A DNA stretch of 63,731 nucleotides, counting the filler, from Rhabdomonas costata (taxonomy: Eukaryota), in the NCBI GenBank assembly GCA_019059605.1. It is 27 parts of 27 records of this genome, joined end to end, with 100 filler letters (N's around TTAATTAATTAA, not from the genome) between each part and the next. Parts side by side here need not be neighbours in the genome. Positions count along the whole stretch, not along the records: positions 35,476 to 37,738 come from JAHMHO010004426.1; positions 37,839 to 40,084 come from JAHMHO010004427.1; positions 40,185 to 42,447 come from JAHMHO010004428.1; positions 42,548 to 44,811 come from JAHMHO010004429.1; positions 44,912 to 47,174 come from JAHMHO010004430.1; positions 47,275 to 49,537 come from JAHMHO010004431.1; 21 more parts are not named here. The stretch is one strand, 5' to 3'. The notes below the pieces were generated by a model. The model made no database searches. It was not told the DNA's origin and was given only the letters and a program-made list of their open reading frames with translations. Below, one piece after another: positions 35,494 to 47,307 of this stretch (position 1 is its first letter; each line of letters starts with the position of its first letter). The translations under genes were made by a program, and so were the position numbers.

Positions 35494-37556
35494 CTTTCCG
35501 GAGGCGCTGGGGCCCGCGATAAGAACGACCCGGACCTCGCCCTTCTTGAGAGCAATCTTCTCGGCGATCTCCACCACTCGACTCATGTGGTGCTGCTCTG
35601 CGACCAGAACCAGGTCCTTGCTGCTGCCCTCCATGATGGCGCGGTTGAGGTCACCAACGCAGTTCACCCCCAGGATGGCCCCCCATTCACGGCATGTGCG
35701 GTACACCTGAGCCAAAAGAGCAGGTCACGGGCAGATCTATCTTCAAACAGTGTATTGGAGCGATAATATTTGCTTGTTTGTGCGATGAGGACGTGCTGCA
35801 GCTGCAGCGGTCAAGCCGCTGGCCGTCATTTGCCTACATCACCCAGGGAAGGTGGTACACCAGCTGATGGCGACCAAGGGCCGAGGGGTCCCACACAGAA
35901 CCGAAAGCAAGTTTTATTTCGGTGCGCAGGGGAACACCATCACGCACAAACGGAGTGCCGGCAGTACCAAACGACATTGCATTCAAAGACACACGTTACA
36001 GACAACGGGATCAACGGGCAGTGGTTGGAGGTGAGGCGAAAGGCAGCTGCATAGCAACCTCAAAAAGAACAGGGTGCCACACACAGGAAGTTAAGTTGCG
36101 GGCCAAAGGAAACGGACAGTGGGCCCCTCGTGTACCTCGCGAATGGATGGGAGGTCAGTGAATGGCGCCACCGCGTTGGGGCTAGCAACGGTGGGGAAGC
36201 TCAGCAGCAGGCCCTGCCCCGCCACAGCCAGCTTGAACACCCCCAGCTTGGCTGTGGTGGGGACGATGGGGCGGTACCGCGGCGCTAGGAAGTCCATGCA
36301 CTGCGAGCACTCGTGGGCGCCCACGGAGCGGGTCTCCACGTACGCCGCGGTGTACGGCATACCAGCCGTGCGGAAGTAGTCCCTGTCCTGCACCGGGTCC
36401 AGCTGCACCAGCTGAGTGGCACAGGCCCGATATGGCTCGAAACGAGCAGACCCCATCGTATGGCCATTAACTTGCCTTGTGCATGAATAACATTGGGCGA
36501 ACTAACTTGCACAGCTCCACAGCTCTCTGACCTCCAGCCGCATTTTAGAGCTGAGACTCCCGGTCCTCGCCATTGACGTCGAGCGGTCTCTGTGCGTTCG
36601 CTCAGTCAGGGGTACGGATTTTGGGGTTGGCGGCTCTGACCTTAGAAGCAGCCTTCCCCCGCTTTTTCCCCCTTAGCCTTTCCCCGCATACATACGCATA
36701 CACAGTGCCTGGATCGGAAGGGCGTCCTTGACGGCCTTCTCCATCGCAGCAGTGATCTTCTCTACCTCCGCCTCCGAGGTTGGGGTATCTGGGAACTCCA
36801 GGTAGTACCCCGAGCCCATCCGGGTGCCCTCCAGCCCGTACGCGTGCTCCAGCCGAAGCACACGGCCCGGGAAGAGCTTCTTGCACACCATCTACGTAGC
36901 AGGGTGCCCACCTCCCGTGATGGTGCCCGTGCCCACATTCAAGTGTGTGAAGATGCATGACTCACTCTGGAAACGAGAGGTGGCGCGGGAGGTCGTGTTT
37001 CGCTAGAGCCGACGATACGCTCTCAGTAAAGGCGGAGAGAAGGTTCCCTGTACGGCACGTAGCGGCGGCTGTGGTGGGCATCACCGGCTGCACCCTCTGA
37101 TGGTCCCCTGGGGAGCTGGGGTAAGCGCGCAACAACTAGGCCCACTCGTTGTTTGATCAACCGAAAGCCTCCAGGTCCTCCTCTGCAACAATCTCGGGAA
37201 CCAGGGTACGCGCTCTTCGCCGGCACATAAGATATCTTCTACCTTCTCACCGCCACAAAACAATCCCAACTTACAAGTGGTTCTGGGGGTGGGGGAGAGG
37301 ATTTGGCTACACAGCCACACACCGCCAGCAGGAAGACCAGAGAGTAGCGGTACACTACCAGCCCGTCCTCGCTGTCAAGGTACACGGGCTCTACGGTGTC
37401 CGAGCGACCCCCGAGAACAGGGGTGGCCAAAGAGACGACTTTCCCGTTGACCTAAATCCCCACCCGCAGATTCTGCAAGACCTTCCCACCCAACGGCGGT
37501 GGCGACTTCAGCTCCGCTTCCGTTGTTTCCTCGAAGGAGCCAGCTTTGGGGGAGCT
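35494..37556 (-). CDS. Uridine-kinase/phosphoribulokinase-family protein with ThrRS-like N-terminal (TGS/SAD) region, partial (exons ~37556-37482, 37451-37323, 36891-36709, 36411-36136, 35706-35494)
   Basis: All exons splice in phase 0: KVNGKVVSL...EDGLVVYRYSLVFLLA|MVCKKLFPGRVLRLEH...GYY...WGAILGVNCVGDLNRAI...AEQHH...VLIAGPSASGK (P-loop). This matches the long bacterial-type nucleoside kinase architecture. Confidence 0.9.
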
Positions 37557-39145
37557 CTAAAAACACTGGACATGCAGTGGGTAATCTTTGCAATATTCCG
37601 AACATTCCCGAACCATTCTTTTCTTCATACATATCTTCGCTGCTTTTTTCTCGATGATTGCCTTGTCTTCTTCACCCCAACCCCAAAACGGGCCTCACTT
37701 GAGTCCTTCCCAGGTTCCTAATTCGCGCACCACCCCCCNNNNNNNNNNNNNNNNNNNNNNNNNNNNNNNNNNNNNNNNNNNNTTAATTAATTAANNNNNN
37801 NNNNNNNNNNNNNNNNNNNNNNNNNNNNNNNNNNNNNNGGGGGTGTGGGTGTGGGTGTGAAACCGGCAGCAGAGAGGTGATCCGTAATCCGAGAAGCCCC
37901 AGGAAACGGAAGAGTATTCGAAAACCGCTGGAGGCGGAAAAGGTCTCAACCAAGAGCATGCCTTCTGGACGTAGTGTGTATGTGTGTGCATGAAGCAGAC
38001 GAATGCAAAACCCGGAAATGGCTACATCCTATGAGGTTCGGGGACCGCACCACGCACCACACTCACCGCTCCTCAGAAGATGGTTAAAGAGGATCAGACA
38101 GAAAGCGGAGCAAAAAGAGGTAGCACGAAGCCACGGGAAATAATCGAAGTGCCTGTGGAAATTGAAAAAAGCCCTCAGGAAGAGAGCAGAAAACCATCTG
38201 CAACGAGATGATAAAGGAGCCCTGCAAAAAGGCCATTCTCGAGAAGCGCTGGGCGAGGGCAGAAGGTTAGGCACCATCAGCCCGCGTTACCAAATGCACC
38301 ATTGAGCTTTTCCATGGACTTATGCCCAGCAGGAGAGAAAGTGGTAGTATTGCCCCAAAACCAGCGCCCACGGAGGAGAGGTAATGGAGTCAATCAGAAG
38401 CTCCCGACTGGAGAAGAACTCCAGACACTTTGTGCTGCAAATAGCTGTGGGGTCCTGAGATGTTGAGATGTGGTTGTGCACGTTCTGCAAGAAAAAGCGC
38501 GCCAGGGCGGGTTGTCGGGACTGTGTCTTAAGGTCCATCGTTCTTATTGAGTTTCTCCGACAGAAACACCCCACCCCAGTCTGTCATGAGCTGAAGGAGA
38601 GGTGTATGGGCCTGAAGTCCTTTTGAATAAAAGAACCCCTTTGGGGGCACTCTTGTCTTTCTTTGAATGGCCTTTTTTGCGCCTCCTCCAGAAGATACCT
38701 GTTTGGGCTGAGGGTCCCAAAATCACAGCTTTGGCCTGGGGTGTTCCAAAATGTCCCCCGCTGCCCTTGTCATTGCCCTTGGATTCTTTCTGCACATAGG
38801 TATGCTTTCTGGTTCCTGGTAGTATGGCGGTGCGGGGTGTGGTCGCCTCGATGACCTCCGAAGACTTAGTTTCTGGACTGAGCGTGTGCCTGCACACTCT
38901 AATCGTGTGTGTGACAATCACCATGGGGCTGTTCGTTGCGAAGGCCGTGGTGCCGAGCTCGCGGCGGCACCACTCGGCCAACCAAGCGCTTCCCTTGTAA
39001 GAGCGGGTGTCGGGGGTGGCCTTGTAGCCCTTGCCCACCCCTCAGGTGGATTTCCCTTTTCTCTTTTCGGAGGTTGATTGGCCTCCGCTGTATAGTAAGT
39101 TGTCTTGCATCTGCATTGTCTGCCTTGTCTGCCTTGTCTGCCTGC

Positions 39146-39147
<2 letters not shown>

Positions 39148-39208
<61 letters not shown>
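39148..39208. repeat. (GCTGTT)n hexanucleotide microsatellite
   Basis: About 10 perfect units, preceded by short tgtctgcct repeats. Confidence 0.95.
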
Positions 39209-40228
39209 TCTCTGCACTTGTAGCAGAGATTGTATACGTTTTTACACGTTTGCGTGGACATATTCCTTGCTGTTCCTGGCATCATTGCGCTAGTGCCGCT
39301 TGTATACGATATGAACGCCCTTTGCTGCGCTTCCGTGGCGAAGCCCGCCGGAGGAAAAGAGGAAGTGGTTCCGCTCTGCAACATAGTACCCATCCCAGTG
39401 GTGGTTTCAGTTTTAACTCAGTCTCTTCTGTTCAGGTTCTCGGGCTTTGATCAGGCTTTTAGTATTGCGCCTTCGAAGGGGGCGGGAAAATGTTGTTGCT
39501 GGGAATTTTAATGTTTTTTTGCACTCACACCAATGCGGCCATGTGTGCTGAATTTTTACGTTCCCGGATCTGGAGAGTGAGGAATTATATCTTGTTGCTG
39601 TTGCTGTATTTTAGTGTCAAGGGGGAGAAAGGAAGAGGTGGAAAAATGAAGTTCTGCAAGCACGGTTGCAATGCTTCGAATGACCGGTGGTACTCCGAGG
39701 GGAGCTGAAGAACTGCAGAGAGAGAGAGAGAGGGAAGTGGAGTGGGGTGGTCGACCGGTGCATGAATCAGCCTGCTTTCGGAGGATGAGTCAGAATACTT
39801 CCATTTTTCAAACAAAATTCTAAAATCCTGCCTTCCCGTGACGCTGTTCTCCTCTGTCCCTCAGTGAATTCGCTGCTGTTCTCTCGCTGTGTGTGTGCCT
39901 GTACTTGTCTTTGCTTTGAGAAAGCGGTGGAACCTGTTCCTTGGAAACGCAGGAAAGGTTTCACCTTTTTCAACCTCTCCTCTCCCCTCCTTCCCTCCTC
40001 CTCCCCCGTGTCCGCATGGCCGTCTGCGAAAGCATGACGAGCTGGAAGGACCAAGTGGTACGTGTGCGCCTGCGTATACAGTGCNNNNNNNNNNNNNNNN
40101 NNNNNNNNNNNNNNNNNNNNNNNNNNNNTTAATTAATTAANNNNNNNNNNNNNNNNNNNNNNNNNNNNNNNNNNNNNNNNNNNNTGTGGTGGGTGTGTGT
40201 GGTGGTGGTTGGGAGGGGACAGACCAGG

Positions 40229-40883
40229 GCCTTGTCCACCGTTTCTCGCGCCGCGGAGGCTTCTGCCTCTGCCGCGCTGCGGTGAAGTCTTTCCTCGGCA
40301 AGGGCTTGCTCCGCAGCCTCCCTTCGCGCGGCCTCCCGGCAGCAGCTGTCCTGCAACTGTGCTGCCTGCTTCTCGAGGTCCTGAAAAAGAACGCAGGGGT
40401 GGGGCTCGGGTCAATTTCTCCGCTTCCTTTTTTGCTTTTTTTTTTTTTTTTTTTTTTGCAAAAGCCGACCGTCGTACGAAGCAGCGTAGCAGCTGATACA
40501 ACAATTACTGGTCCAGTGACATACCCAGCTCCAGGGCAGCACAGCAGCGGCAATACATCGCTATCGACACGTTTATTTTCCTGTCAGTGAGGATCAAGAT
40601 GCATATTGCTACCGAGTTTCGGGGGGTATGCGTAAAAACATTTACAGAAAGACTGCAGAGCTCTTTAAATTCAATTATTAAAAAAACCTACCTGCATTGC
40701 ATCCCATGGGTATGATGATGTGTGACGAAGCCTCGGCCTTTGTGCAGAAAAAAGACGCGCTTGAGACTGCGAGGGGGTTTGAAAACCTGCGTCTGCTGGA
40801 GTTGCTGCCTCGCCGCAGCGAGCTCCTCTTCCGCTGCACGCCGAGCAGTCGATTCCACCTGGAGGGCTTCGGCCGAGTCACGC
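40229..40883 (-). CDS. Coiled-coil exons, unknown protein
   Basis: RDSAEALQVESTARRAAEEELAAARQQLQQTQ and DLEKQAAQLQD...EAARREAAEQALAEERLHR, each with AG/GT borders. Confidence 0.55.
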
Positions 40884-41317
40884 TGTCAGAAAAAAAAGGA
40901 AAGCAGTCATCTGGCACGGGAACATATGACCCCAAAGTAGCTGACGGATGACGCGCAAAAATATCGTTTTTCTTGACAGCCTGCCTGTGTTCCGATCCCC
41001 ATTGTTGCTGCGAGTCAGAGAAACGAGTCGAAAAAGAGAAGTTGCAGTATTCTACGTATGCGACGTTTTCAGAAGCTCCCCCCTCTTTGAACATCCTAAA
41101 GAATGTTTTTTCTTGGTGGGTTGCTGAGTTACCCGAAGCATCTTGCAGGCTCTCCACCCGATTTGGCGCATTGGGAGTGCACATGGTTGCAGGGAACGCG
41201 TCGCTCATCTGTGGTTTGATTAAAATCTGTGGTTTGATAAAAATGATTTAAATAAAATGTCCTTAGGCAGTTCTCGTATGCCATAGGCGATTATAAGGGC
41301 TAACTTTCCCCCCTGAC

Positions 41318-41756
41318 CTCATCTGCCCAGCACCCCGCCCCACCTCCAGCCAGCACTGCGCGCCGCTTGAACTCCGCAATGGCCTCGCCCAGTGCCCGCC
41401 CGCGCAGCCCGCTCTCCAGAAACCACCGCGCCTGAAACTTCCCCGAGCGCTCCTTCCGAGTGTTGTGCTGCTGCCGCAGTCTCTCAACCACCTCAGTCTT
41501 TCCAAAGTGCTGCAGGGCTTCCCTCTGCAGGCTGCTCAGGATCTCCCCACGGTGCCCCAAGGCGGGCTCGATGGCCTCCACCGCAATGCCCAGGAAGCCC
41601 AGAAACTGGCGGTAGAAGGGCCGGAGCTCCGCTCGGCGGCGGTGCTCGTAGTTTAGGAAAAGGAAGATCCGCCGGTCAAAGAGGGGCGTGGCACGGATCC
41701 ACTGGAAGATTTCCTCCACAGAGCAGAGTACCCACACCGACGCACTCACCCCCTCC
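41318..41756 (-). CDS. C-terminal half of an uncharacterised putative nucleotidyltransferase family seen in giant viruses, phages and fungi
   Basis: SVEEIFQWIRATPLFDRRIF..LNYEHRRRAELRPFYRQFLGFL...EALQHFGK...KF....ESGLRGRALGEAIAEFK resembles that family's pattern as I recall it (EEIFEW...F....F...N...R.R...RP.Y..FL..L). The catalytic N-terminus is not in the contig. Confidence 0.55.
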
Positions 41757-43584
41757 CTGGCAGCGTGGGTACCAGCAGTTCAGCATTCATGACGCACCAC
41801 ATCGACTGGCAGCAGGAGCCAAGAATCTGTTTCTTAAAGAAGAAATTTGCGGGCGAAAGATAAGCCTACAAAGATGAGCATATACGAACGGTGGTTGGCG
41901 ACCTACCCCGCAATGTTCTGGCCGTGGCCGAAGAGAAAAAAAGCCCGGCACCCAAAAAAACGCCAGCTTTCTTTGTGATGCGACTTCCTGAACGCCACCT
42001 TTTCCACCTTTTTGGATTTGACAGCAAAAAAAAGAAGAGAAACTATATGGTATTTGAGATTTTGGACAAGTTCGCCGTCATTGCTTTCTTCCTTGGAAGT
42101 GCTTTTTTTGGGCGTAAAGTCTCTCAGTTCAAAGAGAAGCGCAGAAGCGCATGATCTATTTTACCGACCAGACCATTTTTCGGAAGGCAAAAATGGTCAT
42201 TGGATCGCATGTATATGTAACATTGTCATAGGCCGAAACAGCGCCTTCCAGCTCTCCTCCACCCCTCTACTTCAGAATCGGCCTATTTTGGTCCATCACT
42301 ACAACCAATTATCTATTTGTCTCCAGTCGAAAGAGGGGAGAAAGCGCTATTTTTGTGCACTTGCCGTTTTATTTCGAAGTACGATGGTACGCAGCTGGGT
42401 TTTCAGTGAAACCCACCTGCGTACCATCGTACTTCGAAACAAAACAANNNNNNNNNNNNNNNNNNNNNNNNNNNNNNNNNNNNNNNNNNNNTTAATTAAT
42501 TAANNNNNNNNNNNNNNNNNNNNNNNNNNNNNNNNNNNNNNNNNNNNTTTGTGGGTGTGTGTGTGTGTGTGTGTGTTTATGAAAGTTCACTGCGCTGGGC
42601 TACACCGCCAGGGTGCTATTTTGTCCTTTTTAATGGCGTTTTTCGCTCGTCGTTGGCGATTCTGCCTTTATATGACCCTAAAACCGTCACCTGAGCTTGT
42701 ACTATGCAGCTTTCCTTCTTTTCGTGCTCTCCTCCTTCTTGCCACTCAGTGCTTTCAGTTCAAGTCCAGTTCCAGTGATGATGTGCGGGGTGCGCATCCT
42801 CCGCTTCTTTTGAACACAGTCGGTTTGACCTTGCCATGAACTCCTTGTCGGACGGGATGGTGGCCCAACTTGGGCTAATGCAGGAGCTCAACCGCCAGCC
42901 CTTTGCGTTGAAGGAGCTTGTCCTCTCTGCGTTTGCCTCAATGGGAAATCCTGTCCCGAAACAGCCCCTCATCAACTTGAGGCGCGCACATATTTGTGCA
43001 CTCTCGCTTTTGCTCTTCTTATGGGTTCAGGCTGGGCGGAGGATCCTAAAAGTTATGCCACCAAATTCAGGCGTCGCAAAAGTGACTTTTTGCATTCCTT
43101 TTTGCATTCCCGAATGCCGGAAGCACCCTGCTTTCGCAAGTCAGGCCAGGTCGGGTTACAAAAAGGCTGCGGGAATATGACATTTTGACCTTACCGGAAT
43201 TTCCTCACCTAAAGTCGCCCAGCAATAGAATCAAGTGAACAACATGGGACCACAAACAAAGAACCGGGCCCAATCCGATGGTTGGTATTCCGGTGGTTGC
43301 GGTTCCGGTGGTTGCGGTTCCAGCCTATCACTTTCCCTTCAGCAAAGGCCAAAGGCCTCAAAGGTCTCACTTCCGTTTAGAAAAGACTTGCGCGTCTAGT
43401 CTTCGGCGAGACCTTGGTGAGGCCGCGGCGAGGATGGGTAAGGTTCGTTGTTGCTGCTTCTGCTGCTGCTGCGAGGAGGTCACCTCTTCCCTCTTTCTTC
43501 CTTTTGGCCAGTGTTGTGTGTGCTCCCCCGTTACCCCGCTCCCTTCAAAAACATAGGTGGAGTTGTGTTGCTTCGTCCGATCAG

Positions 43585-44622
43585 CGCATCTTCAACGACA
43601 CCTCCTGTGAGATTCTCCGGGATCTTCTTCTGGCGAGGCCGGGAATGGCCGCGGTGTGGGGCGGAGTCCGGCCCTGTGTTCCTCGGCTTACCAGCCTGGA
43701 CCTCTCGGACAACCGCATCACCGACTCCGGGGCGGATGTCCTGCTGGAGATCTGTTCAAGGTGGGCCCGTCGTCCCCCTCTTCTTGCTCTCAATGCAATC
43801 ACTTGTGAGCGGTCTCTCGGACTCGTCCAGGACCAACCGCACACAAATACACTCAGGAGGATATTTTGGGGCATCTTCCGGTCCTCCCCCCCCCTCCGTG
43901 ACAGAGAGGACATCTCCAAACACCTGAACCTGAGGCCAGCGGCTCGCAGGAAGCGGCCCCAGACATCCTGGGGATTTCATGGGGACAATCGCATCGGAAC
44001 TGAACTCCTGTGAATTCTTTTGTTGGAATCCCGAGTAGCAGGTGTTGAAAAAGGGGTTGAGCCACCTCGGAGTGTTCGGGGAGGGGGGGGCGCAACTGTA
44101 AAAGTGCCGGGAAAAGGTGTGGAGAGGTTGAGTTTGCATTCAGTTTTGCAAATTACGGATCAGTGGTCTTTCACCGAAGGTGGACCTCTTTGGGAGAGTG
44201 CGCTGACATCATCTTCTCGTACATTTCAAGCGGTGCATCCTGCGTCTTGGGAACCTATTCCTGCTGGGACTTGCCTGAGCAACATCCTTGTAATCGTTTC
44301 CTGCTGCTCCTTGCCTTCCCTCGCCCTTTCTCACTCTCAGCTTCACTACCTTGCACACCCTGAACCTGCGGGGGAACCAGCTTCGCGCGAGCATGCCGTG
44401 GTACGAATTCGCCCGCACCAACCCCACCCTAACCTCCGTGGACCTCTCCGGCAACCCCAAGCTGGACACCTTCACCGTGGAGCGGGTCTCCCAGCTGTTC
44501 GAGCTGAACCGCCATCCGCCGCAGCTGAAGGACGCCGTGCTGGTGCTGCTGGAGGGCGGCTTTGCGGAGGAGGTCGTGGTGAATTGCCTGACCATCCCAG
44601 AGCTGCGCAAGGCCCTGCCCCG
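43585..44622 (+). CDS. Leucine-rich repeat protein (RI-like), partial (exons 43585-43760, 44341-44622)
   Basis: LTSLDLSDNRITDSGADVLL, LHTLNLRGNQL and LTSVDLSGN. The exons join in frame through a phase-2 GT-AG intron. Confidence 0.9.
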
Positions 44623-44682
44623 GTACGTTGAGCAGTGCAGTGAGCTATCTTCAACGCCAGGGTTTAACTGGTGGTTTATGGA

Positions 44683-44810
44683 GTGGAATAGTTTGGCCCG
44701 TGTCAGTTCAGTTTAAAAGTAGGATTCAAAGCGAGGCAAAAACACCTTTAGGTTTTCAATGCCCCCTTTTAAATTTTAAGTCTGAACTGACACGGGCCAA
44801 ACTATTCCAC
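44683..44810. repeat. 29-bp inverted repeat flanking 70 nt (MITE-like or fold-back)
   Basis: gtggaatagtttggcccgtgtcagttcag (44683-44711) is the exact reverse complement of 44782-44810. Confidence 0.85.
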
Positions 44811-44931
44811 CNNNNNNNNNNNNNNNNNNNNNNNNNNNNNNNNNNNNNNNNNNNNTTAATTAATTAANNNNNNNNNNNNNNNNNNNNNNNNNNNNNNNNN
44901 NNNNNNNNNNNGGTGGGTGGGGTAGATGAAC

Positions 44932-45088
44932 GTCTGAGAAGATCGCCGCGGCGTTCATCCAGTAGTCCTCTCCGGATAAGGAGTGCACCATGTCAAGCTC
45001 GGGGATGCTCTCCCACGAGCCATAGGTCTCTAGGAGCCACGCTCCGGCCGCCAGAATCGTCGAGTCCGTGGAGTTCAAGGGAGTATAA
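44932..45088 (-). CDS. Exon of a Cache-like sensor, paralogous to 7096-9358
   Basis: YTPLNSTDSTILAAGAWLLETYGSWESIP...GEDYWM. The start matches YTPVNSTDP at the end of the 7096 fragment. Confidence 0.6.
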
Positions 45089-47307
45089 CTGATATTTACA
45101 GAAACAAATAGTCTGTGCTTGGGTTTTCCACAGGTCATGACAGCAGAACGGCAGATGTACGGGCAAAGACGTCATACGTGTAAGGTTGTAACATGCCAAT
45201 GGATGTTTTTGCGGAGTTCTCCTGTCTGGTGGGCTCAGAATTTTCGTAGCAAGTGAGAGCGTTCGAAAAGTGACTCCAGGGTATCTTGGCTTCATTGTGT
45301 TTAGCAGCCCAAAAGTCATAGGAGCTTAGACCCTAAAAAAAGCGACCACTGTATACCGAGTATGCGTAACGCTGAAAAAGGTGATTGAACCCTCCCCCCG
45401 AAAAGATTGCAAGTGACGCAGCAACGTACTTTGCCGAAAGCAAGCCCCCAGGAGGCAAGGACTCAGACCGCTAGAAGAAACACACATGCTTTGGGTTGCT
45501 GCGTTAATTCACGCTTACTGTCTTTGATGGGTTCCACACCGCGGGTTTACAGCCTTTCCTTTTTGATATCCCAATGGAGTGTGCTGAGGTCACACACACG
45601 CACGCTGAACAGGGGCGGAAAAATAGTAATTTCCGTGGTTGCATACTCAAGCGTTTGCAATTGCATAGGCGTTCTTGAATTATTCTGATAAGATAAAATT
45701 GAGGACACAAATTCTCCCTTCGCACCCCCCCCCCACACACCAGAAAGTCTTCCATTTTAAGGAAACTGCTCGACAGCTGTTGAGCATTTAGAACAGCTCA
45801 CAACCGGCTGGACGTGCAAACCCGCTGGTGAGCCGTACTGAACGTTCGACAAGCTTTTATTTCAGTCGCAGTGAGGAGCGAACGTAGTAAGTTGGGGGTT
45901 TAGTATACAAGAAGAACAGGCAGGTTTTGCAACTGTAGGGGCTCGGCAGAAAACAAAAACTTAACAAGAGAATGGCACAGAGGCAGACAGAGCTTCAGTC
46001 GCAGTAAGCAAAATCAACAAAAATGGACAAATGCTCAGTGACTCAAAGAAAGTTTACATAAGGACGAAATCATTTTGATCGTATAGTATCCATTCGTCGA
46101 TCCAGACCATACTCACGGACACCAGGTTGGACCTCCACATACCGTGAATGGTCAAATCCTCGCCTGTTCTCGACGAAATTGTTTTTGGATGCAAATCAAT
46201 ACCCAGCCAGGTAGAAAGCTCGGTCCGTAACCGTGGTTGCACCCATCCAAGCGGAAAGGGCGTAAACCTTTCGTCAGGCAAGGGCATAAAAGCAAAAGGA
46301 ATTACCTTTTGAACTGAGCCACCAGAGCAGCATTGGCAAAGGGGTTGTTTCTTCCCATATCCACGTCACTGTGGTTGAGAAATCAAAGTAAAATGAAAAA
46401 AGCTCTTTCTCGGATGATTCCTTTTTATCTATCGGAGCAGATGGAGAGATGGAGTAACCTTCATACATGCGACTGCAGCCAAAATTGAACGGCATGAATA
46501 GTGGCGGGAATGGTGAGAGCCAAAGAGGCAACTACCAGTTGTCCCAAACTTAATATATATAATAGCTGAATATAATTTTGCCCGAAAAGACGTAGTAAAC
46601 ACCAACCGAGTCACGGTATCAGCTGCTGCCTGGAAGTTTTTTACCCGCTGGAAAGTGCCTATCTCTCCTTGCAGGTATTTGAGCTTAGCTTCATTTATCA
46701 TCCCCCACAAACAAAACCGATGCCGTGGAATTCTCACGAGCGTTCCGCTGTGGTGAGGCTGCCGTGAGGGCATCGTTTCGGTGGGAGCAATTGCCTAGGA
46801 CAGCGCCCGAACCCCTGCTATTGTGGGTGAGGGCTTTTGAGGAGCGTGGAAACGCCGCCAATGCTTCTCACCGTCGGCCCGGACCCCGGTTCCCTCGGCT
46901 GAACAGATCGGTTCAAATGGCCATTACCACAAAACCCAAAGCTGAGCATCCACCAGGACGCTGCGCAATGCCTTGATAGCACAACATTTTCGGCTGCGGC
47001 GTTGCTTTCGCTTGCGAGGGGGCTAACTCGAAACTATGCTGAGCTCTCAGCCCCAATAGAGAGGAGTGCATTCCATCTTTTCTCGGAGAGATTCAGTTCG
47101 TGCAGTTCGCTTCCATTACGCAGGCGGCGAAGCCTTAACAAAACACATCAGCTGCACCAAACTCCTGCACCACCNNNNNNNNNNNNNNNNNNNNNNNNNN
47201 NNNNNNNNNNNNNNNNNNTTAATTAATTAANNNNNNNNNNNNNNNNNNNNNNNNNNNNNNNNNNNNNNNNNNNNGTGGTTGGTGTCGTTCCTTTGATCTT
47301 TCCTCAG

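Noticed and set aside
38918-39293. PolyQ, polyC, polyL and poly(NS) ORFs
   Set aside because: These are translations of the (GCTGTT)n microsatellite with no independent coding evidence.
43654-43694. Possible 33-nt GT-GG non-canonical intron in the LRR gene
   Set aside because: The segment is in frame and stop-free, and a canonical 39-nt GT-AG alternative (43656-43694) exists. It cannot be resolved without cDNA.
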